From assembly GCA_030754595.1 (NCBI GenBank), contig JASLZZ010000101.1, positions 1 through 18,918 on the forward strand: a DNA stretch of 18,918 nt. Reading direction: 5' to 3'. Origin of the DNA: Nitrospinota bacterium (GTDB lineage: Bacteria > UBA8248). Position 1 is the first letter of the stretch. Every line of letters starts with the position of its first letter. Shown piece by piece: positions 1-10,187 of the stretch. The position numbers and the translations under genes are program-made. The notes beneath the pieces are model-generated. The model worked only from the letters and a program-made list of their open reading frames with translations. It searched no databases and was not told the DNA's origin.

Positions 1-54
1 CAATTGCAAGGCACTCAGGCGCCCTCGAACCACCTTCTTCTCGGCAACGGTCAT
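1..54 (-). CDS. IS481-family transposase, N-terminal 18 codons only (truncated by window edge)
   Basis: Manual translation MTVAEKKVVRGRLSALQL resembles the 'MT..eKi.r.rL..LqLAe.LgNVs.AC' N-terminus of IS481-family transposases. Strong SD 7 nt upstream. Too short for the ORF track. Confidence 0.65.
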   Translation of the reverse strand, partial: MTVAEKKVVRGRLSALQL

Positions 55-172
55 ACTCGCTTCCTCCCCGCGGGCGGGGGCCGGGGGAACTGCGCTCAGG
101 CTGCGCCCTCGCTCCGTTCCCACGGATACATTCCCACCCTATTGATTGTTAGGGAAGAAGACTAGCTGTACA
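1..172 (-). mobile_element. Left end of a probable IS481-family insertion sequence (continues beyond window start)
   Basis: Minus strand reads TGTACAGCTAGT... from 172, matching the 5'-TGT terminus typical of IS481-family ends. A ~118 nt leader follows, then SD GGGGAGGA (69-62) and ATG at 54. Confidence 0.7.
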
Positions 173-174
173 GC

Positions 175-2748
175 TTAATCATCCACCGGATGGTAGGTTA
201 GCTCTCCACCCGAGATGGGGAAATCTTCCCCATCGTTTTCCTCTTCGAAGCGTCCTTCGTAGACAGAATCCGGGGGGCGCTCGTCCCACGCCTGAGCAAT
301 TTCCCGCGAAGTATCCGCGCCCGAATCTCTCTCGGTTGAATCGGTTTTCTCGGAAGTGGACGCCTCGGCGGAATTTTCCGTGTCGGTTTCCGGGAGTAGC
401 GCCGAAAGGCCGGAATCCTTCCGTATCCGGCCGGCGAGGTGACTCCACCGCCTGCGCACCTTGGAGTTTTTTACGGCCATGGCGAGCGCCTTTTTCGACC
501 CGATGAGTACGGCCAACTGTTTTGCGCGCGTAAGCGCCGTATATACGAGATTTCTCTGGAGCATGGGGTAATGTTGGGTGTGGAGGAGAATGATGACAGC
601 CGGATACTCGCTTCCCTGGCTTTTGTGAATTGTAACGGCGTAGGCGTGAACCAGCTCGTCCAGGGAGTTTCGGGAATATTCGACGACCTCCGGGTTGAAA
701 CTGACGGTGATCGTTCCGGTGGAAGGATCGACGGACTTGATAAGGCCGATGTCACCGTTGAAAACATTTTTTTCGTAATTGTTCCTGATTTGGATTAATT
801 TATCCCCGGGGCGGAAAACCCTGCCCCCGCTTTGAATGGAGGGCGCGGACCCGGCCGGATTGAGGACTTCCTGAAGCCGTGTGTTCAGCTTCTGTACCCC
901 GAGGGTGCCCCGCTGCATGGGAGCGATCACCTGTACATCCCCGATGGGGTCCAGATCGAAGCGCTCTTTAACTCGTTCGCGGCAAAGTTCCAGGAGTATA
1001 TCGACGCACCGTTCCGGGTCGTTTTCCTCGATGAAATAATAATCCCGGAGTTCGTCTGACCCTTTTGGCTCGATGGGCATTTCACCCCGGTTTACCCGGT
1101 GGGCGTTTTCAACGATGAGGCTCTCTTTCGACTGCCGAAACACTTCACTGAGCTTGACGACGGGAAGCGCACTCGATTCGATCGAATCGCGAAGAACCAT
1201 ACCGGGCCCGACGGAGGGAAGCTGGTCCACATCTCCGACGATAATGAACGAGGCCATATCGGGGACCGCCCGCAAGAGATGGGCCATCAGATGAATGTCC
1301 ATCATGGAGGTTTCATCGATAATCACGGCATCGGCCGCCAGCGGATTCGAGGCGTCGCGAAGAAATCCCCCCGAAGTCCAGCTGAATTCCAACAGCCTGT
1401 GAATCGTTCTGGCTTCATGGCGGGTGACTTCCGAGAGGCGCTTGGCGGCGCGGCCGGTCGGAGCGCCGAGGACGACCTGTAGACCGAGTTGGCGATAAAG
1501 CCGGGTGACGGACTCGATGATCGTCGTTTTGCCGGTGCCCGGCCCTCCTGTCACAATAAGCACTTTCTCGGTAAGCGCCCCCTCGATAGCGCGTCCCTGA
1601 TCCTTCGTCGCCATCCCCCCCTTCAGGGCGCGCCGGGAAAGCGACGCCAGTTTTTCACGAAGGGTATCGCCCGCGGCGCCTTTTCCCCGCATTGCAGCCT
1701 CCAGGCGGGCCTCATCCCTGGCGGCGCCCATTAGCGCGGAAAGCCTGCGGGCGACCTCGGTCTCGGCGGCGTAATAGGGTTGGGCGTAAACCGCACTTTG
1801 GCCGGTTTGATTTTCTGGTGCGTTTTTTTCTCGGTCGAAGGTGGAGCCGATATTTTCGATGATGACGCCGCCGGTCTTTTGAAGCGTTTCTACCGCTATT
1901 GCGACCAGCTCGCTTGGCACTTCGAGGATGTCGGAGGCCCGCTCAAGAAGCTCGTCATGAGGAACAAATACATGTCCGTCGGTCTCGCCGAGCTGGTTGA
2001 GCACATAAACCGCCCCCGCGGCGCAGCGGCTGGGAGAGTCGAAGGGCACCCCCATTTTTTGGGCGATCCGGTCCGCCGTATGGAACCCGACTCCGTAAAT
2101 ATCGGTGGCGAGGCGGTATGGGTCTTCCCGGAGAATCCGGGTCGCCGCCGATCCGTAGGCGCGATAGATTTTCTCCGCCATATGAAGGGGAACGTCGTGT
2201 TCTTGGAGGAAGAGCATCACCTCCTTGACCTCGCTCTGGCTCTTCCAGCTTTCAACGAGGCCGACGAGTTTTTTCTCTCCGAGCCCGTGAATTTCCAAAA
2301 GGCGGCGCGGTTCGTTTTCGATGATGTCGAGGGATTCTTCGCCGAATTGGGTGACAATGCGCTTCGCAAGGGCGGGGCCGATGTTTTTGACCGTGCCCGA
2401 GGCCAGGAATTTCTCGATCCCCTCGGCCGAGGTGGGGATGATGGGCTTTGATATGGCGGCCTGGAACTGCCTTCCGAAACGGGGGTGCTCCTTCCATTCC
2501 CCCTCGAACTCGACCCGCTCTCCTTCGTTGATGCTACTCAGATGACCCACGACCGCGACCGCCGGAAAATCGCCGTCGGGCTGCACGACAAGTACGCTGT
2601 AGCCCGTGTCCTCGGCCCGAAACCGGATTCGCTCAACCGTGCCGACAAGCGTGCCTCCGGTGTCCGGGAACAGGCCGGTTTCGGGTCTGGTTTTCATGCG
2701 GGCGTGCTGGGGATGGGTTTTAGATTGCTTTGGAGGTCGCCGGGTCAT
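175..2748 (-). CDS. recD2: ATP-dependent RecD-like DNA helicase (RecD2, SF1B)
   Basis: N-terminal OB-like 'GTVERIRF...GEWKEHPRFGRQF', HhH 'KNIGPALAKRIV', Walker A GGPGTGKTT, 'APTGRAAKRL', 'IIDETSMMD', 'GDVDQLPSVGPG', 'AYAVTIHKSQGSEY', 'RNLVYTALTRAK'. Start overlaps the mazG stop (ATGA). Confidence 0.95.
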   Translation of the reverse strand: MTRRPPKQSKTHPQHARMKTRPETGLFPDTGGTLVGTVERIRFRAEDTGYSVLVVQPDGDFPAVAVVGHLSSINEGERVEFEGEWKEHPRFGRQFQAAISKPIIPTSAEGIEKFLASGTVKNIGPALAKRIVTQFGEESLDIIENEPRRLLEIHGLGEKKLVGLVESWKSQSEVKEVMLFLQEHDVPLHMAEKIYRAYGSAATRILREDPYRLATDIYGVGFHTADRIAQKMGVPFDSPSRCAAGAVYVLNQLGETDGHVFVPHDELLERASDILEVPSELVAIAVETLQKTGGVIIENIGSTFDREKNAPENQTGQSAVYAQPYYAAETEVARRLSALMGAARDEARLEAAMRGKGAAGDTLREKLASLSRRALKGGMATKDQGRAIEGALTEKVLIVTGGPGTGKTTIIESVTRLYRQLGLQVVLGAPTGRAAKRLSEVTRHEARTIHRLLEFSWTSGGFLRDASNPLAADAVIIDETSMMDIHLMAHLLRAVPDMASFIIVGDVDQLPSVGPGMVLRDSIESSALPVVKLSEVFRQSKESLIVENAHRVNRGEMPIEPKGSDELRDYYFIEENDPERCVDILLELCRERVKERFDLDPIGDVQVIAPMQRGTLGVQKLNTRLQEVLNPAGSAPSIQSGGRVFRPGDKLIQIRNNYEKNVFNGDIGLIKSVDPSTGTITVSFNPEVVEYSRNSLDELVHAYAVTIHKSQGSEYPAVIILLHTQHYPMLQRNLVYTALTRAKQLAVLIGSKKALAMAVKNSKVRRRWSHLAGRIRKDSGLSALLPETDTENSAEASTSEKTDSTERDSGADTSREIAQAWDERPPDSVYEGRFEEENDGEDFPISGGELTYHPVDD

Positions 2749-3557
2749 TCGAGATTTTGTGCCCCGTGTATTTTGGCTTCATTCCATAGGCGGTCAAGCT
2801 CTTCGAGCGGGACATCTTCGGGGCTGAGGCCGCGGGCGCGAAGCTCCGATTCCATTCGGTGAAAGCGGGAGATAAAACGGTCGACGGAAGAGCGAGCCGA
2901 GGACTCGGCGTTGATTCCGAGTTTGCGGGAGTAGTTGACCGCCGCGAATAGAAAATCACCCATTTCCGCCGCGATGGCCGCTTGATCGCCGCCCTCCACG
3001 GCCGCTTTGAGCTCATCCCACTCCTCATCGATTTTTTTCGCGGCTCCCCCCGCGTCAGGCCAGTCGAACCCGACGCGGGCGGCTTTATTCTGGAGGCGTT
3101 CGGAGCGCTGGAGAGCCGGCATCGCCGCCGGGACACCGTCGAGAATCGATGGGACCCCATTGCTCTCGCCTTTATCGGTACGCACCTTTCGCTTGGAAAC
3201 CTCCCAGTTTCGGAGAACTTCCCCGGTGGTGTCGGCCATGTCATCACCGAAAACATGGGGATGCCGCTCAATCATTTTATCGGCCAACTCCCCCGCGACA
3301 CCGAAGGCGTCGAAATCCCCCCTTTCCTTGGCAAGCTGGCAATGGAAAATAACCTGAAGGAGCAGATCGCCCAGCTCTTCGCGCAGTTTTTCCAAGTTCC
3401 CCGAGTCTATCGCCTCGATGACTTCGTAGGCTTCTTCTATGAGGTAGGGTTTGAGGGTGTTGTGGTCTTGCTCCCGATCCCAGGGGCATCCATCCGGCGC
3501 CCTGAGCCGAGCCATGACCTCTAGCGCCCTGGTAAATCCGTCTTTATCCGTACTCAT
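2745..3557 (-). CDS. mazG: Nucleoside triphosphate pyrophosphohydrolase MazG (tandem-domain)
   Basis: 'LRAPDGCPWDREQ', 'EEAYEV', 'EELGDLLLQVIFH', 'RHPHVFG', 'KAARVGFDW', 'EMGDFLF'. Start placed at ATG 3557 (MSTDKDG) rather than the upstream ORF-track start, which adds non-homologous residues. Confidence 0.95.
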   Translation of the reverse strand: MSTDKDGFTRALEVMARLRAPDGCPWDREQDHNTLKPYLIEEAYEVIEAIDSGNLEKLREELGDLLLQVIFHCQLAKERGDFDAFGVAGELADKMIERHPHVFGDDMADTTGEVLRNWEVSKRKVRTDKGESNGVPSILDGVPAAMPALQRSERLQNKAARVGFDWPDAGGAAKKIDEEWDELKAAVEGGDQAAIAAEMGDFLFAAVNYSRKLGINAESSARSSVDRFISRFHRMESELRARGLSPEDVPLEELDRLWNEAKIHGAQNLE

Positions 3558-3674
3558 GGAAATTCTCAAGGTGAAGGCGGGAAAATGGGCAATGAATAGC
3601 GGCCCAAATCTACACCCCGGAGGGCGGCCTGTCACGCCCGGAATTCAGTCCTGAATCGTGGTTTATTGGTAAGA

Positions 3675-3690
3675 CCACAAAATATAGTGG
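3675..3690. promoter_or_regulatory. NrdR-box-like palindromic operator
   Basis: CCACAAAATATAGTGG against the NrdR consensus acaCwAtATaTwGtgt: all strongly conserved positions match (13/16 overall). Flanked as ACCAC...GTGGT. Ends 8 bp upstream of TTGACA. Confidence 0.65.
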
Positions 3691-3698
3691 TATAAACC

Positions 3699-3727
3699 TT
3701 GACATAACCCCTACATTCAGGGATTAT
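3699..3727 (+). promoter_or_regulatory. Putative sigma70 promoter for mutL
   Basis: TTGACA (3699-3704), 17 bp spacer, GATTAT (3722-3727) in an AT-rich island. SD GGGAG at 3742-3746 before ATG 3754. Confidence 0.55.
3708..3723. promoter_or_regulatory. Degenerate second NrdR-box-like site
   Basis: CCCCTACATTCAGGGA keeps C-w-A-n-A-T-n-n-w-G. It starts 33 bp after the first box and lies in the -35/-10 spacer. Confidence 0.4.
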
Positions 3728-3753
3728 CACTTTCTCGCCCCGGGAGTATTTCG

Positions 3754-5733
3754 ATGGATTCTGCAAGCCGGATACGCGCTTTGCCGGAGAATTTGGCGAA
3801 CAAGATAGCCGCGGGCGAGGTGGTCCAGCGGCCGGCGTCCGCCTTGAAGGAATTGATCGAGAACAGCCTGGATGCGGGGGCCCGCTCCATTTTCGTGGAC
3901 TTGGAGTCGGGCGGCGCCAGAAGAATCCGGGTGCGCGACGATGGGGAAGGGATGGGCCGCGATGACGCCTTGCTGGCCTTCGAGCGTCACGCCACGAGTA
4001 AAATTTCCTCCGAAAAGGACCTGCACGCCGTAGTGACGCTGGGGTTCAGGGGCGAGGCCCTCCCGAGCATCGCGGCGGTCAGCAAGGTGGTTCTCACCAC
4101 ACGCCGGCGCGGGGAGCCGCTTGGAAGCGAGGTGCGAATCGAGGGGGGGCGGATGATCCGCGCCGTCGATATGGGCGCGCCCGAGGGCACCGAGATCGAT
4201 ATTCGCTCGCTTTTTTTCAATGTGCCCGCGCGCCGGAAATTTCTTAAAACGAAAAATACCGAGCTGGCCCGTTGCGCCGAGGTCGTCAGCCGCGCGGCCA
4301 TGGCGCATCCCGGCACGAGTTTTATCCTCCGCCACGGGGACCGCACTCTTTTCGATTTAAAACCCACCGAAAAGCGCCTGGAACGGGCGGCGGAGCTTCT
4401 CGGGAAGGAATCGCTTCCCCACTTGATTGAAATTCCCGGAGCTGAGCGCGACGGTATCCGCCTCGGCGGATGGGCGGGTGCGCCGACGCTTACCCGGTCC
4501 AACCGCGAGAGTCAGTACTTTTTCGTGAACGGAAGGCCGGTCCGGGATCGCCTTCTCGTCCACGCGATTTCGAAAGCCTACCGGAGCTTTCTGCCGAACG
4601 GGCGGCACCCGGTATTTTCCCTGTTTTTGGAAGCGGCCCCCGAGGAGGTGGACGTCAATGTTCACCCGGGAAAAGAAGAGGTCCGGTTTAGGCGCGGGGG
4701 CGTGGTGCACGATTTCGTGCACGAATCGGTGATGTCCAGGCTGGGCTCGCCCCCCCGGCGCCCCCGATTGATCGCTCATAAACCAAACGGACTGGGAATC
4801 CCAATGCCCCCTCTTGGCGCTTCGAGGCCCAGTGGAGGCCGGGGGCCGGACCTGTTGGGGGGAGGGGGGTATATCCCGAAGATGGATAGCGGCGCGGAAA
4901 CCCTGGTTCGAGAGGAGAGCCCGCTCCCGGCGGAGGGTCCGCTCTCGGCGAAGGGTCCGCTCCCGGCGCACGGCCCGTTCCCGGCGGTGGCGGCCGGCGT
5001 CTCACCTGTTGACGATATCTCGCCGCTTAACGCCGGGCCGGATCGCCTCTCAGCCGATGAGGTGGCCGCGGAGGACCCTGCGTTCCGGCAATTGCCGCAC
5101 GGCTCGTTTCCGCTGGACAGGGTCCTTGTCCCGCCGGACCCCTCCTGCCCGGTCCGATTAAGCGAGTGCCGTTATATGGGACAGTGGGCGGAATGTTTCC
5201 TCCTGTTCGAGTCGAATCAGGGTCTTGTTTTCGTGGACCAGCATGCCGCTCACGAAAGAGTCCTCTACAACCGGTTCCGGGATCAATTCCGGACCGGTGT
5301 CGTGGAACGGCAGGCGGCGCTGGTGCCTCAGAGTATCTCGCTCAGACCCGAGGAGGCCTTGCGCCTCGATGAACACGCCGAGACGCTCGAGCGCTCCGGA
5401 TTTGAGCTTGAATCCGTCGGGGTGGGGGAGTTTCTGGTGCGCGCCGTTCCCGCTCTCTTGGCCGACCGCGATCCGGCGGGCGCGGTTCGCCGCGTGGTTG
5501 AAGGGCTCGCGGATTTGGACGAGCCGATGAGCTTTCCGGACCTTATCGACGGGATCATCGCGCGGATGAGCTGCAAGGGCGCCGTAAAGGCGGCGCATTC
5601 CCTCCACCCCGAGGAGGTGGCCTCCCTGGTGGAGGAAATCGACAAAACGCCGGGGCGCTGGACCTGCCCGCACGGGCGGCCGATCATGCTCCTGATGACG
5701 GAGGGTCCTGTCCGCCGCAGATTCTTGAGGTAG
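3754..5733 (+). CDS. mutL: DNA mismatch repair endonuclease MutL
   Basis: 'NKIAAGEVVQRPASALKELIENSLDAGA', 'RHATSKI', 'GFRGEALPSIA', 'DVNVHPGKEEVRF'. C-terminal endonuclease motifs DQHAAHER, SCK, CPHGRP, FLR, and clamp-binding-like QAALVP. Confidence 0.97.
   Translation: MDSASRIRALPENLANKIAAGEVVQRPASALKELIENSLDAGARSIFVDLESGGARRIRVRDDGEGMGRDDALLAFERHATSKISSEKDLHAVVTLGFRGEALPSIAAVSKVVLTTRRRGEPLGSEVRIEGGRMIRAVDMGAPEGTEIDIRSLFFNVPARRKFLKTKNTELARCAEVVSRAAMAHPGTSFILRHGDRTLFDLKPTEKRLERAAELLGKESLPHLIEIPGAERDGIRLGGWAGAPTLTRSNRESQYFFVNGRPVRDRLLVHAISKAYRSFLPNGRHPVFSLFLEAAPEEVDVNVHPGKEEVRFRRGGVVHDFVHESVMSRLGSPPRRPRLIAHKPNGLGIPMPPLGASRPSGGRGPDLLGGGGYIPKMDSGAETLVREESPLPAEGPLSAKGPLPAHGPFPAVAAGVSPVDDISPLNAGPDRLSADEVAAEDPAFRQLPHGSFPLDRVLVPPDPSCPVRLSECRYMGQWAECFLLFESNQGLVFVDQHAAHERVLYNRFRDQFRTGVVERQAALVPQSISLRPEEALRLDEHAETLERSGFELESVGVGEFLVRAVPALLADRDPAGAVRRVVEGLADLDEPMSFPDLIDGIIARMSCKGAVKAAHSLHPEEVASLVEEIDKTPGRWTCPHGRPIMLLMTEGPVRRRFLR
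4921..4992 (+). repeat. 18-bp tandem repeat x4 in the MutL linker (PLPAEG/PLSAKG/PLPAHG/PFPAVA)
   Basis: ccgctcccggcggagggt / ccgctctcggcgaagggt / ccgctcccggcgcacggc / ccgttcccggcggtggcg. Confidence 0.85.
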
Positions 5734-5760
5734 CCCGGGTGCCACCCCCATCGCCCCGCC

Positions 5761-5789
5761 TTGACAATCGGATGAGAGCGGCGGAAAAT
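5761..5789 (+). promoter_or_regulatory. Putative sigma70 promoter upstream of the guaB leader
   Basis: TTGACA (5761-5766), 17 bp spacer, GAAAAT (5784-5789). Confidence 0.5.
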
Positions 5790-5883
5790 TCCCCTGGGCG
5801 GTCAGGGTCGTGTTCACCGGATTTCTTTTCCGCCTCTTAAATGTATGAATGTGAAGGATTTATAACCTTCGCCGCCTGTCTGA

Positions 5884-7512
<1,629 letters not shown>

Positions 7513-7517
7513 GAGTT

Positions 7518-7547
7518 CTTCCCGCCCGTGTGCCGGGAAGTTTGTTT
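7518..7547 (+). terminator. Possible weak intrinsic terminator or stabilising hairpin after guaB
   Basis: CTTCCCG(7518-7524) / 9-nt loop / CGGGAAG(7534-7540), followed by TTTGTTT. Confidence 0.4.
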
Positions 7548-7623
7548 CATGCTGGACAAAGGGCGGACGCCCAAAGCCGCCCGAAGGTTCGCTCATGGGG
7601 AGCCCTTTTCAGGGTAGGTAGTC

Positions 7624-8643
7624 ATGGCGGACGAACCCAGACAAACAGAGGTAGACTCAGCCGACGATTTGTTCCTCGGGGGGGATGAGGAGGACCTTGA
7701 AGCTCCCGCGGAAGCGGAGGCCGGCGAAACCGAGCAGGACCAAGCTCCCTTTGAAACCCCGGACTCTCCGGCCGAGGAGGAGGAGCCTCCCTCGGCGCTC
7801 GATGAGGATTTCGGGGCGGAAGAGGATTACGGAGAAGAAGAAGAAGGGAAGCCGGATAAAAAGCGGAAAAAGGGATTTCCGGCTCTTCAGTATTATGCGA
7901 TTCCGGCTGTAGGCGTGATTCTGATAATGGCGCTGGGCTGGACCTTCGCGGTTATTGCCCGCCGCGGGCTGATCCCGACCGAGGAGCCGGTTAAAACCGC
8001 AAAGGTCGAGGAAAAAGAAGACAAGGTTTTGCCGGAGGAGAAAGTCCCCCAAAAACCCAAACGAGATCTTCGAACGGTGAGGCTCCCCCAGCAGGAGGAA
8101 AAGGAAGGAACCGTAAAGGGGAAGGAAGGTTCTTTTGTAGCAAAAATCGCCGGACCTAAGCCCGAGCCCGAAGAAAAGGCAGAGGAAAAGGAAAAGGTAA
8201 GGGAAGAGGTAAGCAAAGAAGACACGAGCGAGCCCGAGCCCGATAAAATTCCCGAACGGCCCAGCCGGCCGGCGCCCCGGGAGGCCGCGCCTCCGCCCGT
8301 GGACACCGGGGAAACTCTGACCGTTCCGGTTAATCATCCGTTTTTTATCCCGCTTCGGGGAGGGAGACGGAGGCGGGACGGCGGCAAGTTCCCTGAACTC
8401 GTATTTTTGAATTTTTCGCTTAATCTTCTGGTGTCGACCAAAGCGGCCGCTTCGGAATTTAATTCGAAACGGGCGTTGATTCGCGAAGCGATTTATCTTC
8501 ACTACAATCGTCTAGCGCCCAGCGACCTCGCCACCCCCGGCCGGCGGGAACGGATACGCCGCAGGCTGGTTGCCAAGCTCGACCGTGAAATTGTCCATGG
8601 AAAGGTCAAGGGGATTATTTTCCAAGAATTCTATACACGCTGA
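7624..8643 (+). CDS. Single-pass membrane protein with C-terminal FliL-like domain
   Basis: Very acidic N-terminus, basic KKRKK, one hydrophobic helix ([21 protein letters not shown]), Glu/Lys/Pro-rich linker. The C-terminal ~100 aa follow the FliL pattern (PFFIPL...FLNFSLNL...IREAIY...[14 protein letters not shown]...L.......[10 protein letters not shown]). Confidence 0.7.
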   Translation: MADEPRQTEVDSADDLFLGGDEEDLEAPAEAEAGETEQDQAPFETPDSPAEEEEPPSALDEDFGAEEDYGEEEEGKPDKKRKKGFPALQYYAIPAVGVILIMALGWTFAVIARRGLIPTEEPVKTAKVEEKEDKVLPEEKVPQKPKRDLRTVRLPQQEEKEGTVKGKEGSFVAKIAGPKPEPEEKAEEKEKVREEVSKEDTSEPEPDKIPERPSRPAPREAAPPPVDTGETLTVPVNHPFFIPLRGGRRRRDGGKFPELVFLNFSLNLLVSTKAAASEFNSKRALIREAIYLHYNRLAPSDLATPGRRERIRRRLVAKLDREIVHGKVKGIIFQEFYTR

Positions 8644-8648
8644 GAGAC

Positions 8649-10184
8649 ATGCGCGAACAGCTTTTAATCATCGATTTCGGTTCCCAATACACGCAGTTGA
8701 TCGCCCGGCGGTTCAGGGAGCTGGGCGTGTATTGCGAAATTCACCCCTGCACCCACCCGTGGGAAGATTTGCTCACCGGGGAAACCCGGGGAGTCATCCT
8801 CTCCGGGGGGCCGTCGAGCGTGCACGACGATGACGCTCCGACCATCGACCCGGGTTTGTTGAAAAAAGAAATTCCCGTTCTCGGTATCTGCTACGGGATG
8901 CAACTGATGACGCACCTGCTCGGCGGCCGCGTCGGAGCGATGCACGAGCGCGAATACGGCAGGGCCGAACTCATCGTGGATGATCCCGCCGGTATTTTCG
9001 AGGGCTCCCCGGGAGCCGAAACCGTGTGGATGAGTCACGGGGATTCAATCGAGGAGCCTCCCCCCGGATTTCGGCCCCTGGCGCACTCGAACGGCTCGCC
9101 GGTCGCGGCGATGGCGTCTGAGAACGGCCGTCTCTGGGGCATCCAGTTTCACCCGGAAGTCGTCCATACCCCTCGCGGAAGGGAGATTCTCAGGAATTTC
9201 GTTTTCGGCGTTTGCGGATTTTCGGGGGACTGGACGATGCGCTCCTTCATCGATGAATCGGTGGAGCGCATCCGGGAAAAAGTGGGCGGGGAGAAGGTCA
9301 TTTGCGGGCTTTCGGGGGGCGTGGATTCATCGGTGACGGCCATCCTCGTTCATCGCGCCATCGGAGATCGCCTGACATGCGTATTCGTCGATAACGGTCT
9401 TCTCAGAAAGGGGGAGGCCGAAGAAGTCATACAGACCTTCGGCCATCGCCTGGAGGTCAATCTGCACCCCGTCGATGCGAGGGAGCGTTTTCTGGGCGAC
9501 CTCGCGGGCGTGACCGACCCGGAGGAAAAGCGCAAGCGGATCGGGGAAACCTTCATCCGCGTCTTTGAGCGGGAATCCAAGAAACTGGGCCGGTTCAAGT
9601 TCCTGGCCCAGGGCACCCTGTATCCGGACGTGATCGAGAGCGTGTCCTTCAAGGGACCCAGCGCCACGATCAAGAGCCACCATAATGTCGGCGGCCTGCC
9701 GGAGCGCGTGGACTTCGAGCTGCTCGAGCCGTTGCGCGAGCTTTTCAAGGATGAGGTCCGCGCCGCGGGCGAGGAGATGGGGATTCCCCATGATATACTC
9801 TGGCGGCACCCTTTCCCCGGACCGGGGCTGGCCGTCCGGATACTTGGCGAGGTAACGGCGGACCGCGCCGATACGCTCCGGGAGGCGGACGCGATTTTCA
9901 TCGAAACCCTCAGGGAAACGGGTTGGTACGAAAAGGTCTGGCAAGCGTTCGCCGTCCTTCTTCCGGTCAATACGGTGGGGGTGATGGGCGATTCGCGGAC
10001 CTACGAAAACGCCCTGGCGCTTCGGGCCGTGACCAGTCAGGACGGGATGACGGCCGACTGGGCCCGGCTCCCCCACGATCTGCTCGATGCCGCGGGCCGT
10101 CGAATCATCAACGAAGTTCGCGGCGTGAACCGCGTCGTATATGATATTTCCTCGAAACCGCCCGGCACCATTGAGTGGGAGTAG
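8649..10184 (+). CDS. guaA: GMP synthase (glutamine-hydrolysing)
   Basis: '[15 protein letters not shown]', 'LGICYGMQ', 'QFHPEV', 'SGGVDSSV', '[11 protein letters not shown]', '[11 protein letters not shown]', 'HPFPGPGLA', 'KPPGTIEWE'. Confidence 0.98.
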   Translation: MREQLLIIDFGSQYTQLIARRFRELGVYCEIHPCTHPWEDLLTGETRGVILSGGPSSVHDDDAPTIDPGLLKKEIPVLGICYGMQLMTHLLGGRVGAMHEREYGRAELIVDDPAGIFEGSPGAETVWMSHGDSIEEPPPGFRPLAHSNGSPVAAMASENGRLWGIQFHPEVVHTPRGREILRNFVFGVCGFSGDWTMRSFIDESVERIREKVGGEKVICGLSGGVDSSVTAILVHRAIGDRLTCVFVDNGLLRKGEAEEVIQTFGHRLEVNLHPVDARERFLGDLAGVTDPEEKRKRIGETFIRVFERESKKLGRFKFLAQGTLYPDVIESVSFKGPSATIKSHHNVGGLPERVDFELLEPLRELFKDEVRAAGEEMGIPHDILWRHPFPGPGLAVRILGEVTADRADTLREADAIFIETLRETGWYEKVWQAFAVLLPVNTVGVMGDSRTYENALALRAVTSQDGMTADWARLPHDLLDAAGRRIINEVRGVNRVVYDISSKPPGTIEWE

Positions 10185-10187
10185 GCG

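Noticed and set aside
1..174. 6S RNA or other housekeeping ncRNA at the window start
   Set aside because: Better explained as an IS end, leader, SD and transposase start on the minus strand.
4143..4756. G7 and C7 homopolymers in mutL as phase-variation tracts
   Set aside because: Runs of 7 also occur in several other genes in this GC-rich window, are short for contingency loci, and the frame is intact.
7557..7583. Sigma28-like CAAA-N15-GCCGCCCG upstream of the FliL-like gene
   Set aside because: Poor match to TAAA-N15-GCCGATAA; the -10 half is only GC-rich hairpin sequence.
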